Counted from the stretch's first letter, positions 19,101 through 27,530 are shown. The stretch: 64,000 nucleotides of DNA from an uncultured Gemmatimonadales bacterium (GCA_963724265.1 CAVRTU010000004.1:133263-197262); one strand, 5' to 3'. The notes: generated by a model not told the origin, from the sequence alone. Numbers and translations: made by a program.

Positions 19101-20078
19101 TCAGTCAATGAAGTACCAGAAGCGAGGCTCGGTCCCCAGCTCTTCCTTCAGGCGGAAGACCTGCTTGTTGGCCAGCACCCAGCGGATCTCGGAGTCGGGA
19201 TCCAGCAGGTTGCCGAAGACCCGCGCTCCGGTGGGGCAGGCCTCGGCGCAGGCCGGCAGCCGGCCCACCCGAGTCCGGTGGACGCAGAAGGTGCACTTCT
19301 CGACGCAGCCCTGTTTGCGGGCACGGTTGCCCAGGTAGTGCTGGTTGGGATTGACTTCTTCGTTAGGCACTTCGGGCACGTCCCAGTTGAAGCGCCGGGC
19401 CCAGTAGGGGCAGGCGGCCATGCAGGCGCGACATCCGACGCACCAGTTGTAATCGATGACCACGATGCCATCGGGCTCCTGCCAGGTGGCGCCCACCGGG
19501 CAGACCGGAACGCAAGGCGGGTTGGCGCACTGGAAGCACTGGGTCCCGAGATACGAGTACCCATCCGCCGGCACATCGTGCTGGTAGGTCGCATCAGCGT
19601 CGCTGATATTGAGGGCGTCGTTTCCCTTCTCGAAGATCCGGATGTACTGGGTATCCGCCTTGCGGTCCAGGTTGTTCTCGTTGATGCAGGCCTCGACGCA
19701 GCGCCGGAAGCCCTTGCACCTGGTGATGTTGAAGGCGTACCCGAAGAGCACGCCCGGCACGGCATCGTTGGTGTGGATGGTGACGTCCTGGTCATGCAGC
19801 AGCTTGGCGAGGCGTTCGAGCCGCTGGACGGTCTCGGCACGCTCCTCCGCGGTCATGCGGCGATAGTGCTTCTGGGTGAACTGCTCCCATTGGAGAATCT
19901 TGAGCTCGCGCTCCTCGGGTGTGGCGGCGTTGAGGGGTGAACAGGCGCTCACCGCGGCCGCGCCGGCGGCCAGCCCACCGAGCAGGAGGCCCACCGCCTC
20001 CCGCCGATCGACCCGCTTCTGCAGCACGGTGCCTTCGTCGACGGTCGCGGACATCTCGGTATCTGGATGTGTGCTCAT
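19101..20078 (-). CDS. NrfC/DmsB-type iron-sulfur subunit with Tat signal and lipobox, copy 1
   Basis: VDRREAVGLLLGGLAAGAAAVSAC (RR plus lipobox). Cluster motifs CKGFRRCVEAC (three Cys), CFQCANPPCVPVCP, CVGCRACMAACP and CTFC...CAEACP. Confidence 0.9.
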   Translation of the reverse strand: MSTHPDTEMSATVDEGTVLQKRVDRREAVGLLLGGLAAGAAAVSACSPLNAATPEERELKILQWEQFTQKHYRRMTAEERAETVQRLERLAKLLHDQDVTIHTNDAVPGVLFGYAFNITRCKGFRRCVEACINENNLDRKADTQYIRIFEKGNDALNISDADATYQHDVPADGYSYLGTQCFQCANPPCVPVCPVGATWQEPDGIVVIDYNWCVGCRACMAACPYWARRFNWDVPEVPNEEVNPNQHYLGNRARKQGCVEKCTFCVHRTRVGRLPACAEACPTGARVFGNLLDPDSEIRWVLANKQVFRLKEELGTEPRFWYFID

Positions 20079-20084
20079 GTTAGG

Positions 20085-21068
20085 CTACGGGGCCTTCGGC
20101 CCCGCCTTCGCCACGTCGGGCCCGGCCCCCTTCGCCGGTCCGGCTACTTCGCCGCCGGTCGTCAGGGACACCCGGTGCTCGCCTTCGCTCGGCACCAGTC
20201 CGGCGCCGCCCATCAGGCCCAGCAGCGAGGGGACGTTGAGCGAGTCGGCCAGGCCCGAGGGCACCACCATGAGCGAGCCCCGCTTGACGATGCTCTCGTA
20301 CAGCATGTTCATCGCCCGCAGATTCATGGCCGCCGGGTGGTTGCGGTAGGCGTCCGCCGCCTCCACGAACTTGTGGGCGATCTCGGTCTCCGCCGTGCCC
20401 AGGATGATGCGCGCCTGCCGCTCCCGCTCGGCCTGGGCCTGGCGGGACATGGCATCCTCCAGCGCGGCCGGAATGATCACGTCGCGAATCTCCACCGACT
20501 GCACGTGGATCCCCCAGTTCGCCATCTTCCGCTCCAGCGCATCCTTGAGCCCCTGGCCCAGCTCCACCCGCGACTGGATCAGCTCCGCCAGATCGTGCTT
20601 GCCGATGGCGTCCCGCAGCGCGGTCTGGGCCGACAGGATCACCGCCTCGTCGTAGTCCTGCACCTCCAGCGCCGCCCGCTCGGCGTCGCGCACCACCCAG
20701 AACGCGATGGCGTCGACGTTGACCGGCACCGTGTCGCGGGTCAGGCACGATTCGGCCCCGAACGCCGCGGTCCGGATCCGCTGATCGATGGTGTAGGCCA
20801 CCCGGTCGAAGATCGGCAGGATGGCGAAGTACCCGGGCCCCCGCAGCCCCCGGTAGCGGCCCAGCCGCAGCACCACCGCCTTCTCCCACTGGTCGGTGAA
20901 CTTGATCGAGGCGGCGAGCAGCACGCCCAGCGCCAGGCCCGCGCCAGCGGCCAGCGGGGGGGCGATGCCCGCGAGGAACAGTCCGCCGGCCAGCCCGGCC
21001 GCGCCGAGCAGGCCCGCGGCGAGGGCGGCGAACGAATACCGGGTGTCGTTTGGCCTATTGGTGGTCAT
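20085..21068 (-). CDS. SPFH/Band-7 (stomatin-like) membrane protein, copy 2
   Basis: 327-aa ORF identical to copy 1 over about 290 residues except near PPLAAGAGL. The C-terminal tail is different. Confidence 0.9.
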   Translation of the reverse strand: MTTNRPNDTRYSFAALAAGLLGAAGLAGGLFLAGIAPPLAAGAGLALGVLLAASIKFTDQWEKAVVLRLGRYRGLRGPGYFAILPIFDRVAYTIDQRIRTAAFGAESCLTRDTVPVNVDAIAFWVVRDAERAALEVQDYDEAVILSAQTALRDAIGKHDLAELIQSRVELGQGLKDALERKMANWGIHVQSVEIRDVIIPAALEDAMSRQAQAERERQARIILGTAETEIAHKFVEAADAYRNHPAAMNLRAMNMLYESIVKRGSLMVVPSGLADSLNVPSLLGLMGGAGLVPSEGEHRVSLTTGGEVAGPAKGAGPDVAKAGPKAP

Positions 21069-21103
21069 GGCAATAACCTCGTGGAAGTAGAGTCAGCCGG
21101 CGT
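20218..21103 (-). repeat. Near-identical ~0.89-kb duplicate, copy B
   Basis: See 16915..17800; the offset is 3303 nt. Confidence 0.9.
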
Positions 21104-21118
21104 CAACCGGCAGTCGTT

Positions 21119-22393
21119 TCACCGTCGCCGGACGGGCCGCAGCTCCTGGTACCGCGGCCGGACCGCCCGCGCGACGGGCGGGGCGGCCAGATAGGGGCTC
21201 CGCGCCTGGCCCAGCTCAATCGGCAGCGCGACCCGCACCAGGACCGTCAGCACGAACAGCCCAAGGGACCAGATCCCCGCCGTGACGCCCAGTTCGACCC
21301 AGGTCGGGGTGTACTCGACGATCTCGCCCAGGGGCGAGGGAATGAAGCCGGGGATCACCAGCCCGATCCCTTTTTCGATCCAGATGCCCACGAAAAGTGT
21401 GGCGCAGGCCGGGATCAGCCACCGGGGGTTGTGCCGCAGCGGATGGATCATGAGTACGACGGTCGCGGTGACATTCAGCCCGATCCCGGTCCAGATCCAG
21501 GGCACCAGCGCGCGATGCTCGCCGAGGCCAAAGAAGAGATATCGCGCGTTGATGCCGTGATGGGTGGGCGAGTAGAACTCGTAGAACAGCTCGGAGATGA
21601 GCATGACCAGGTTGATCTGCGCCGCGGCCACAACGACCAGCGCGAGCTTCGAGAATGCGCCATCCGAAATGGCGTACTCCGTCGTCCGCCGGATGAAGTA
21701 CAACAGCACCAGCACGAAGGCCGGCCCCGCGGTGAAGGCCGAGGCCAGGAACCGGGGCCCCAGGAGCGCCGTGTTCCAGAACGGCCGGGACGGCAGCCCC
21801 GCCAGGAGGAACGCCGTCACCAGGTGAATGCTCACGGCCCACATGGCGGAGATGTACATCCAGGGGAGGTACTTGTTCTTGGCCGGCGAGCGCCCGGTGT
21901 AGTGGCTGTAGAGGATGTAGAACGGGATGGCCAGATTCAGCGCCAGGTAGCCGTTCAGCACGATCACGTCCCAGGACAGGAGCGACCGTGGCCAATTCAG
22001 GTAGCCGATGCCGGGCACGAGGTGCCACCCGGCGAAGGGGTTGCCGATGTCCACCACCACGAACCCGAGGGCCATGACCAGTGCCGCCACGGCGACGCCC
22101 TCCGCCATCAGCACCGCACTCCCGAAGTCGACGTCGTGCAGGATGTACGCCGGCAGGACCAGCATCATGGCAGCCGCGGCCATCCCGACCAGGAAGGTGA
22201 AGTTCGAGATGTACAGCCCCCAGCTCACCTGATCGCTCATTCCCGTAACGCCGAGTCCGTAGCGCAGCTGGAGGGAATAGGCATACGCCCCAACGAGGAT
22301 GATCGCCGTCAGACTCCCCATCCAGAGGTGGTAGCGCCGGCCTCCGGAGGTGGCCGAGTCCAGGGCAGTCAGCAGGAATGGCTTCAGGTGCAC
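21119..22393 (-). CDS. NrfD/PsrC-family membrane subunit, copy 2
   Basis: 424-aa ORF colinear with 17816..19093. The protein is clearly diverged, and the DNA is diverged except at the 3' end. Confidence 0.87.
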   Translation of the reverse strand: MHLKPFLLTALDSATSGGRRYHLWMGSLTAIILVGAYAYSLQLRYGLGVTGMSDQVSWGLYISNFTFLVGMAAAAMMLVLPAYILHDVDFGSAVLMAEGVAVAALVMALGFVVVDIGNPFAGWHLVPGIGYLNWPRSLLSWDVIVLNGYLALNLAIPFYILYSHYTGRSPAKNKYLPWMYISAMWAVSIHLVTAFLLAGLPSRPFWNTALLGPRFLASAFTAGPAFVLVLLYFIRRTTEYAISDGAFSKLALVVVAAAQINLVMLISELFYEFYSPTHHGINARYLFFGLGEHRALVPWIWTGIGLNVTATVVLMIHPLRHNPRWLIPACATLFVGIWIEKGIGLVIPGFIPSPLGEIVEYTPTWVELGVTAGIWSLGLFVLTVLVRVALPIELGQARSPYLAAPPVARAVRPRYQELRPVRRR

Positions 22394-22400
22394 GGTCGCC

Positions 22401-23375
22401 TCAGTCGGTGAAGTACCAGAAACGAGGCTCCGTCTTCAGGTCTTCCTTCAGCCGGAAGATGCGCTTGTTGGCCAGCACCCAGCGGATCTCGGAGTCGGGA
22501 TCCAGCAGGTTGCCGAAGACCCGCGCCCCCGTCGGACACGCCTCGACGCAGGCCGGCAGCCGGCCCTGCCGGCTGCGATGGATGCAGAAGGTGCACTTCT
22601 CGACCACGCCCTTCTTGCGCGCGCGGTTGCCCAGGTAGTGCTGGTTGGGGTTCACTTCCTCCCGGGGGACCTCCGGCTGGCTCCAGTTGAAGCGCCGGGC
22701 CCAGTAGGGGCAGGCGGCCATGCAGTAGCGGCACCCGATGCACCAGTCGTAGTCGATGACCGTGATGCCGTCCGGTTCCTGCCAGGTGGCCCCCACCGGG
22801 CAGACCTTGACGCAGGGCGGCTCGGCGCACTGGAAGCACTGGGTCCCGAGATAGAAATGGCCTTCCGCCGGCACCTCGTGCTGGAAGGTCGCGTCGGCTT
22901 CGTCCAGGTCGACGACGCCATTCTCCATCTCGAAGATCCGGATGTACTGGGTGGCGGCCTGGCGATCGAGGTTGTTCTCGTTGATGCAGGCCTCGACGCA
23001 GCGCCGGAAGCCCTTGCACTTCGAGATGTTGAAGGCGTAGCCGAACTGCACTCCGGGCTGCGCGCCGGTGGACTGGATGGTCACGTCCAGGCCTCGCTGC
23101 AGCTGGGCCAGACGCTCGAGACGGGCGATCGTCGCCGCCCGCTCGTCCTCGGTCATGAAGCGGTAGTCGCCCTTGATGTACTCCCGCCAGGCCAGAAGCT
23201 TGATTTCACGCTCCTCGTCCGACTCGGCGCTGAGCGGGGCGCAGGCGCCCAGCGCCTGGCTTCCGAGGATAGCGCCCCCCACCAGCATGCCCAGCGCGCC
23301 CCGGCGGTCGACCGGCTTCTGCAGCAGGGAGCGACCCTCCGCGCCCTCCGGCGGCTCCGCGGCGGAGTCACTCAT
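22401..23375 (-). CDS. NrfC/DmsB-type iron-sulfur subunit with Tat signal and lipobox, copy 2
   Basis: ATG 23375 (MSDSAAEPPEG) overlaps the upstream stop (ATGA). VDRRGALGMLVGGAILGSQALGAC. Same four cluster motifs, including CKGFRRCVEAC. Confidence 0.88.
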   Translation of the reverse strand: MSDSAAEPPEGAEGRSLLQKPVDRRGALGMLVGGAILGSQALGACAPLSAESDEEREIKLLAWREYIKGDYRFMTEDERAATIARLERLAQLQRGLDVTIQSTGAQPGVQFGYAFNISKCKGFRRCVEACINENNLDRQAATQYIRIFEMENGVVDLDEADATFQHEVPAEGHFYLGTQCFQCAEPPCVKVCPVGATWQEPDGITVIDYDWCIGCRYCMAACPYWARRFNWSQPEVPREEVNPNQHYLGNRARKKGVVEKCTFCIHRSRQGRLPACVEACPTGARVFGNLLDPDSEIRWVLANKRIFRLKEDLKTEPRFWYFTD

Positions 23376-24097
23376 GGGATCTGGCTCCGGGTGCGCTCGA
23401 TCTGCGGCGCGCGGAACGGGATGCGCTGCTGGACGGTGGGGTTGTGCGGATCGTGACAGTCCGGGCAGGCCATGACCACGCGCTGCCCCTGCCAGCCATC
23501 CAGCCGCTTGCCGTGTCCGCCGCCGGCCCATGCCTTCGCCTGCTCGAAGTGGCATTGCGCGCAGAGTCGGTAGCTCTCGTCCAGCGGAGCGCGCTCGCCG
23601 CTCTTGAGTGTCAGGAACGCGACATCGTCCGGCAAATGGCAGGTAGAACAGACGGCGCCGGTCTGCTCCGGGTGCACCGGCTGGATGTTCTGGTGCGCGT
23701 CACTGATGCGCTTGTTCTCCATGACCACCTTCCGCCCCTGATGACACGATGTGCAGGGATACTGATTGATGGACGCGGCACGGCTGCGCAGCGCGATGGG
23801 CAGCGTGATCGACCCGAACTGGCGGGCGTGTCCTGCCTCCGGAGCCGCACTCCGCCGGGCAACCTCGAACGGCTTGCCCCCCGGACCCGTCCACCCCTTG
23901 ACCGGAATCGCCTGCACGGTCCCCAGCATGCCCGGCTCGAGGGTCGCGTTGCGGGCCGCGGTCGCGGAGTCGACCGCCGCCACCACGGTGCCCGGCGGAG
24001 GCAACTCAGGCAACGCCTTGCGACTTTCGCGACAGCCGGTGACCAGGCCGGCAGCCGCGACGCAGCAAGCCGCAAGACCCATCCGCATTCGGCTCAT
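23372..24097 (-). CDS. Tetrahaem cytochrome c lipoprotein
   Basis: Lipobox GLVTGC. Haem motifs CTSCH, CSTCH, CAQCH and CPDCH. ATGA overlaps at both ends. Confidence 0.88.
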   Translation of the reverse strand: MSRMRMGLAACCVAAAGLVTGCRESRKALPELPPPGTVVAAVDSATAARNATLEPGMLGTVQAIPVKGWTGPGGKPFEVARRSAAPEAGHARQFGSITLPIALRSRAASINQYPCTSCHQGRKVVMENKRISDAHQNIQPVHPEQTGAVCSTCHLPDDVAFLTLKSGERAPLDESYRLCAQCHFEQAKAWAGGGHGKRLDGWQGQRVVMACPDCHDPHNPTVQQRIPFRAPQIERTRSQIP

Positions 24098-24912
24098 GGC
24101 GCCCCTCCAGATCCGGCCCCGCCGTCAAGCGGGGGTCGTGTGAACGCCCCTGCCTCCGGATCAGGGGCGACGTGACATTGACGGCAGTTGGGCCACGGTG
24201 GGTGTTCCATCCGGATTTCGGCCACGGCGGAGGGACCCGAGTGACAGACCATGCAGTTCTCCCGGAACTGCAGATCGTGGGGAATCGGGGGGGGGTCACG
24301 ATCGGGCGTCGTCGCCGTCAGCACCGGCCAGACCGACGTCGACCAGGTCAGGCTGGCGTCGGCCCGGGGGCGGCCGCCGCTCGGACCATGGCACTGGGGG
24401 CACCTGGCCTTCGGATTGTCAATGGGAACGGCGATTCCCATCAGCGAGTCCTCGCCCGCGTGGCACTGCAGGCAGATGCCCCGCTCGGGGTGCGGGGTCA
24501 CCGGCACGTAGGCGGCAAAGCGCTCGGAGTAGCCGCCGCGCTGGTGACAGGTCCGGCAGCTGGCGGTCTGGAACTCTTCGGGGCCAAGGGCATGCGGGAT
24601 GCGCGGCGGTGCACCCGGAAAGGCCCGGAGGAAACGGTAGGTCTTGAAATCCCGCCGGTGGGCCCGGCGCTCCCGCGGGGCCGCGGGATCGATCGCCAGC
24701 ATGCCGGGGGTGGTGCGAAAGACCTGCGCCTCGGCGCGGATCGGATCGCCGGGGGTCGCCAGCAGCGGTACGGCAACGGGAACGGACTCGGGCGGCTTGG
24801 CGGCAGGAATGCGTCGCACCGCGGTCCTCACCGCCACGACCGCCGTGACCGCGGAGGCGATCAGAAAGAGGCGCAGTACCAGTCCGCCCAGCCGCGAATC
24901 GCTGGAGCTCAC
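24094..24912 (-). CDS. Membrane-anchored pentahaem cytochrome c made of two NapB-like dihaem modules plus one extra haem
   Basis: N-terminal TM LGGLVLRLFLIASAVTAVVAV. Module 1: APPRIPH...CRTCH...CLQCH. Extra haem: CPQCH. Module 2: DPPPIPH...CMVCH...CRQCH. GTG 24912 overlaps the upstream stop. Confidence 0.85.
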   Translation of the reverse strand: MSSSDSRLGGLVLRLFLIASAVTAVVAVRTAVRRIPAAKPPESVPVAVPLLATPGDPIRAEAQVFRTTPGMLAIDPAAPRERRAHRRDFKTYRFLRAFPGAPPRIPHALGPEEFQTASCRTCHQRGGYSERFAAYVPVTPHPERGICLQCHAGEDSLMGIAVPIDNPKARCPQCHGPSGGRPRADASLTWSTSVWPVLTATTPDRDPPPIPHDLQFRENCMVCHSGPSAVAEIRMEHPPWPNCRQCHVAPDPEAGAFTRPPLDGGAGSGGAP

Positions 24913-27254
24913 GAGCCGCTCCCGGTGGCCAGGCGCTCGAGGCGCACCACGCAGCTGGCGGCATCGGGCTGGCCCGAGAGCGGACAGCAGGCGTCGAGGG
25001 TCAGACGGTTCACCGGTCGCGTCTCGTCAAACCATGGGGCGAAGAGCTGGCCGCGCGGAGGCTGGGACCGGTAGTTGATGCGGGCCTGCATCTCGACGGA
25101 GCCGCGCCGACTCACCAGGCGCACGGTATCGTGATTCCGGATCCCGAGGTCGCGCGCGTCGTCGGGGTTGATTTCGACGTAGGCATGCGGCAAGGCGTGA
25201 TGTAGCGTCGGAATGCGCTGCGTCATCGAGCCCGCCCCCCATTGCTCGAGCACGGCACCGGTCATGAGCCACGAGGGATAGGCGCGATCTGGCGACTCCG
25301 CGGGCGGCTGGTAGGGCCGCAGCCAGATCCACGCCCGGTGGTCCGCGTGTCCGTAGAAGTCGAACTCGCCATGAGCGCGGTCGGCCGCCGGGTCCTGGCT
25401 GGTGTTGTAGCGCCACCGGGTCTCGCGGCCCTTGACGTAGGGCCACATCACCCCGGACTCCGCACGAAGCGCGGAAAGCGGCGGGAGCGCACTCGACGGA
25501 TCGGCGTGAAAGCGGCTGTACTCCGTCCAGAGCTGCTCGACGTGCCGCGAGGCCTCGTAGGGGAAGAGATCCTTGAAGCCGAGACGCCGCGCGACCTCGA
25601 TCAACTGCCAGGCGTCGCCGGTCGCATCGCCGGGCGGCGCGACCAGGCGCTGGAAGTACTGCGCGCGCCGCTCGACATTGGCGTAGATGCCCTCGCGCTC
25701 CAGCCACATCGCGGCCGGGAGAACGACGTCAGCCACGTCCGTGGTGGGGGTGGGATACGCCTCCGACACGACGATGAAGCGGTCGCCCTTGCCAGCCGCG
25801 CGCCGATAGCGGTCCAGATTGGGCAGGCTGACCATGGGGTCGGTCGCCATGATCCAGAGGAACTGGATATCCCCGCTCTCCAGCCGGCGGAACATCGAGA
25901 GGGCGGGCCCGGTCGGAGTGGGATCGATGCGTTCCACCGGCACGCCCCAGATCTCGGCGGCGCGGCGGCGGTCCGGTTCATTCTGCACCACCCCGCCCGG
26001 GAGGGTCCCGGTCAAGGTGCCGGCGTCGTGCACCGCGCATCCTCCGCTGGGCTGCCCCGTGGTGGCAAAGGGACTGTTCCCCGGCGACGCGACCTTGCCG
26101 ACCAGCAGATGGATGTTGTAGAGGGCGTTGTTCAGCCAGGTGCCGCGCACGTCCTGGTTCACTTCCCGGCCCCAGACCGACATCACCTTCCGCTGGGGAT
26201 CACCATAGATCGATGCCAGCCAGCGGATGCTGGCCGCCGGCAGGCCGGAGAGCTCCTGGGCGCGCTCCGGGGTGTAGTCCGCAAGAAACTTCACGTAGTC
26301 GCCCCAGGTGGCGTCTGTGGCCGCCTCCTCGACCAGGGCGCCATCGGTCAGCCCGTAGCCGATGTCCGTCTTGCCCCGCTTGAACGCCACGTGGTCCTTC
26401 ACGAATTCGGTGTGTACCCATTTGCGGGCCACGATTTCGGAGCAGATGGCGTTGGCGATCGCCAGTGAGGCGTGGGGGGTGTGCAGCAGGGAATGGTCGG
26501 CCGCGTAGCTGGTCCGAGTGGTGCGGGTGGACACGTCGATGATGCGGACCGCGGGGTTGATGCGCTTCCGATCCAGCATCCGGGAGAAGAGCACCGGATC
26601 GGTCTCGGCCAGGTTGACGTCCCACAGCACGAGGATGTCGGCATGATCGACGTCCTCGTAGCAGCCGATTGCCCCGTCGAGGCCGAAGCTGCCCTGGAGG
26701 CCAGCCATCGCACTGGCGCCGAACAGGCGGGTGCTGCTCTCAACGTTGTTGGTGCCCAGGGCGCCCTTGAAGAGCTTGGACGCGGCGTAGGCATCAGTGA
26801 TTGACCACTGGGCCGAGCCATACAGGGCCACGCTGTCCTTGCCGTGCTGCTTGGCCGTCTCGCGGAGCTTCTGCGCCACCAGGTCGAGAGCCTCGCCGAG
26901 GGGCACCTCCACCAGCGTGCCATTGCGACGCACCTTGGCGCGCCGGATCCGGTCCTGCCCGGAGAGCGCCTGCACCGAGTTGTACCCCTTCACGCAGGCC
27001 AGCCCCCCGCCGACCGGGGAGTCGGGATCGCCCTTGACGGCGACCGGGCGGCCCTCGGCGACCCGCACCAGCAGGCCGCAACCGACGCCGCACAGGCGGC
27101 AGGGCGTCTTGTGCCAGTCGGGTCCTGGTTGGCTCCCGGGCGCCTCCGTGGCGCCCAGGGGGAAGACCATCCCCGGGACCACCACGGATGCGGCCGTGGC
27201 CGCCGAAACGGCGGCCACGTTCCTGAAAAACGTCCTCCGATCGACCGGGTTCAC
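24909..27254 (-). CDS. Periplasmic NapA-like molybdopterin oxidoreductase catalytic subunit (Tat signal, N-terminal 4Fe-4S motif)
   Basis: GGAGG then GTG at 27254. VDRRTFFRNVAAVSAATAAS twin-arginine signal. CRLCGVGCG...C(VKGY) cluster motif. Colinear with NapA as I remember it along the whole length (SAQWSITDAYAASKLFKG, TGQPS, PYPTPT, LPAAMWLEREG, RLTLD). The ORF opens at 27356. Confidence 0.88.
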   Translation of the reverse strand: MNPVDRRTFFRNVAAVSAATAASVVVPGMVFPLGATEAPGSQPGPDWHKTPCRLCGVGCGLLVRVAEGRPVAVKGDPDSPVGGGLACVKGYNSVQALSGQDRIRRAKVRRNGTLVEVPLGEALDLVAQKLRETAKQHGKDSVALYGSAQWSITDAYAASKLFKGALGTNNVESSTRLFGASAMAGLQGSFGLDGAIGCYEDVDHADILVLWDVNLAETDPVLFSRMLDRKRINPAVRIIDVSTRTTRTSYAADHSLLHTPHASLAIANAICSEIVARKWVHTEFVKDHVAFKRGKTDIGYGLTDGALVEEAATDATWGDYVKFLADYTPERAQELSGLPAASIRWLASIYGDPQRKVMSVWGREVNQDVRGTWLNNALYNIHLLVGKVASPGNSPFATTGQPSGGCAVHDAGTLTGTLPGGVVQNEPDRRRAAEIWGVPVERIDPTPTGPALSMFRRLESGDIQFLWIMATDPMVSLPNLDRYRRAAGKGDRFIVVSEAYPTPTTDVADVVLPAAMWLEREGIYANVERRAQYFQRLVAPPGDATGDAWQLIEVARRLGFKDLFPYEASRHVEQLWTEYSRFHADPSSALPPLSALRAESGVMWPYVKGRETRWRYNTSQDPAADRAHGEFDFYGHADHRAWIWLRPYQPPAESPDRAYPSWLMTGAVLEQWGAGSMTQRIPTLHHALPHAYVEINPDDARDLGIRNHDTVRLVSRRGSVEMQARINYRSQPPRGQLFAPWFDETRPVNRLTLDACCPLSGQPDAASCVVRLERLATGSGS

Positions 27255-27459
27255 GTGCACCTCCGGCGACGAGAGCAGCGGCGGGTATTCGCGGCCGCAA
27301 TGAACCGCATGGGACCAACAGAACGTCCGGCCTCGGTACAGAGCCAGAAAAAGCACGGCCCCCGGACCAGGCGCATTGAGTCACGCTGAGGTGAGGCAGC
27401 CTGCGGACTTAAGAGTGGCAGAGGCGGGCTAAAGGATTGGGGAACGATGGATGAAGGCT

Positions 27460-27504
27460 TCTTAAATGCGAAACAGCCAGCCCGACGAGAGTCGGACTGG
27501 CTGT
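27460..27504 (-). terminator. Rho-independent terminator of cspA
   Basis: Minus strand: ACAGCCAGTCCGAC-TCTC-GTCGGGCTGGCTGT followed by TTCGCATTT. Confidence 0.65.
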
Positions 27505-27530
27505 CTTCGCAAGTCAGGAACCGCGGCGGC

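Noticed and set aside
16836-23375. The duplicated FeS-NrfD-SPFH unit as a mobile element or an assembly artefact.
   Set aside because: There are no transposase, integrase or terminal inverted repeats. Outside the SPFH segment the two units are clearly diverged, so they are true paralogs. Only the ~0.89-kb near-identical part needs spanning-read confirmation.
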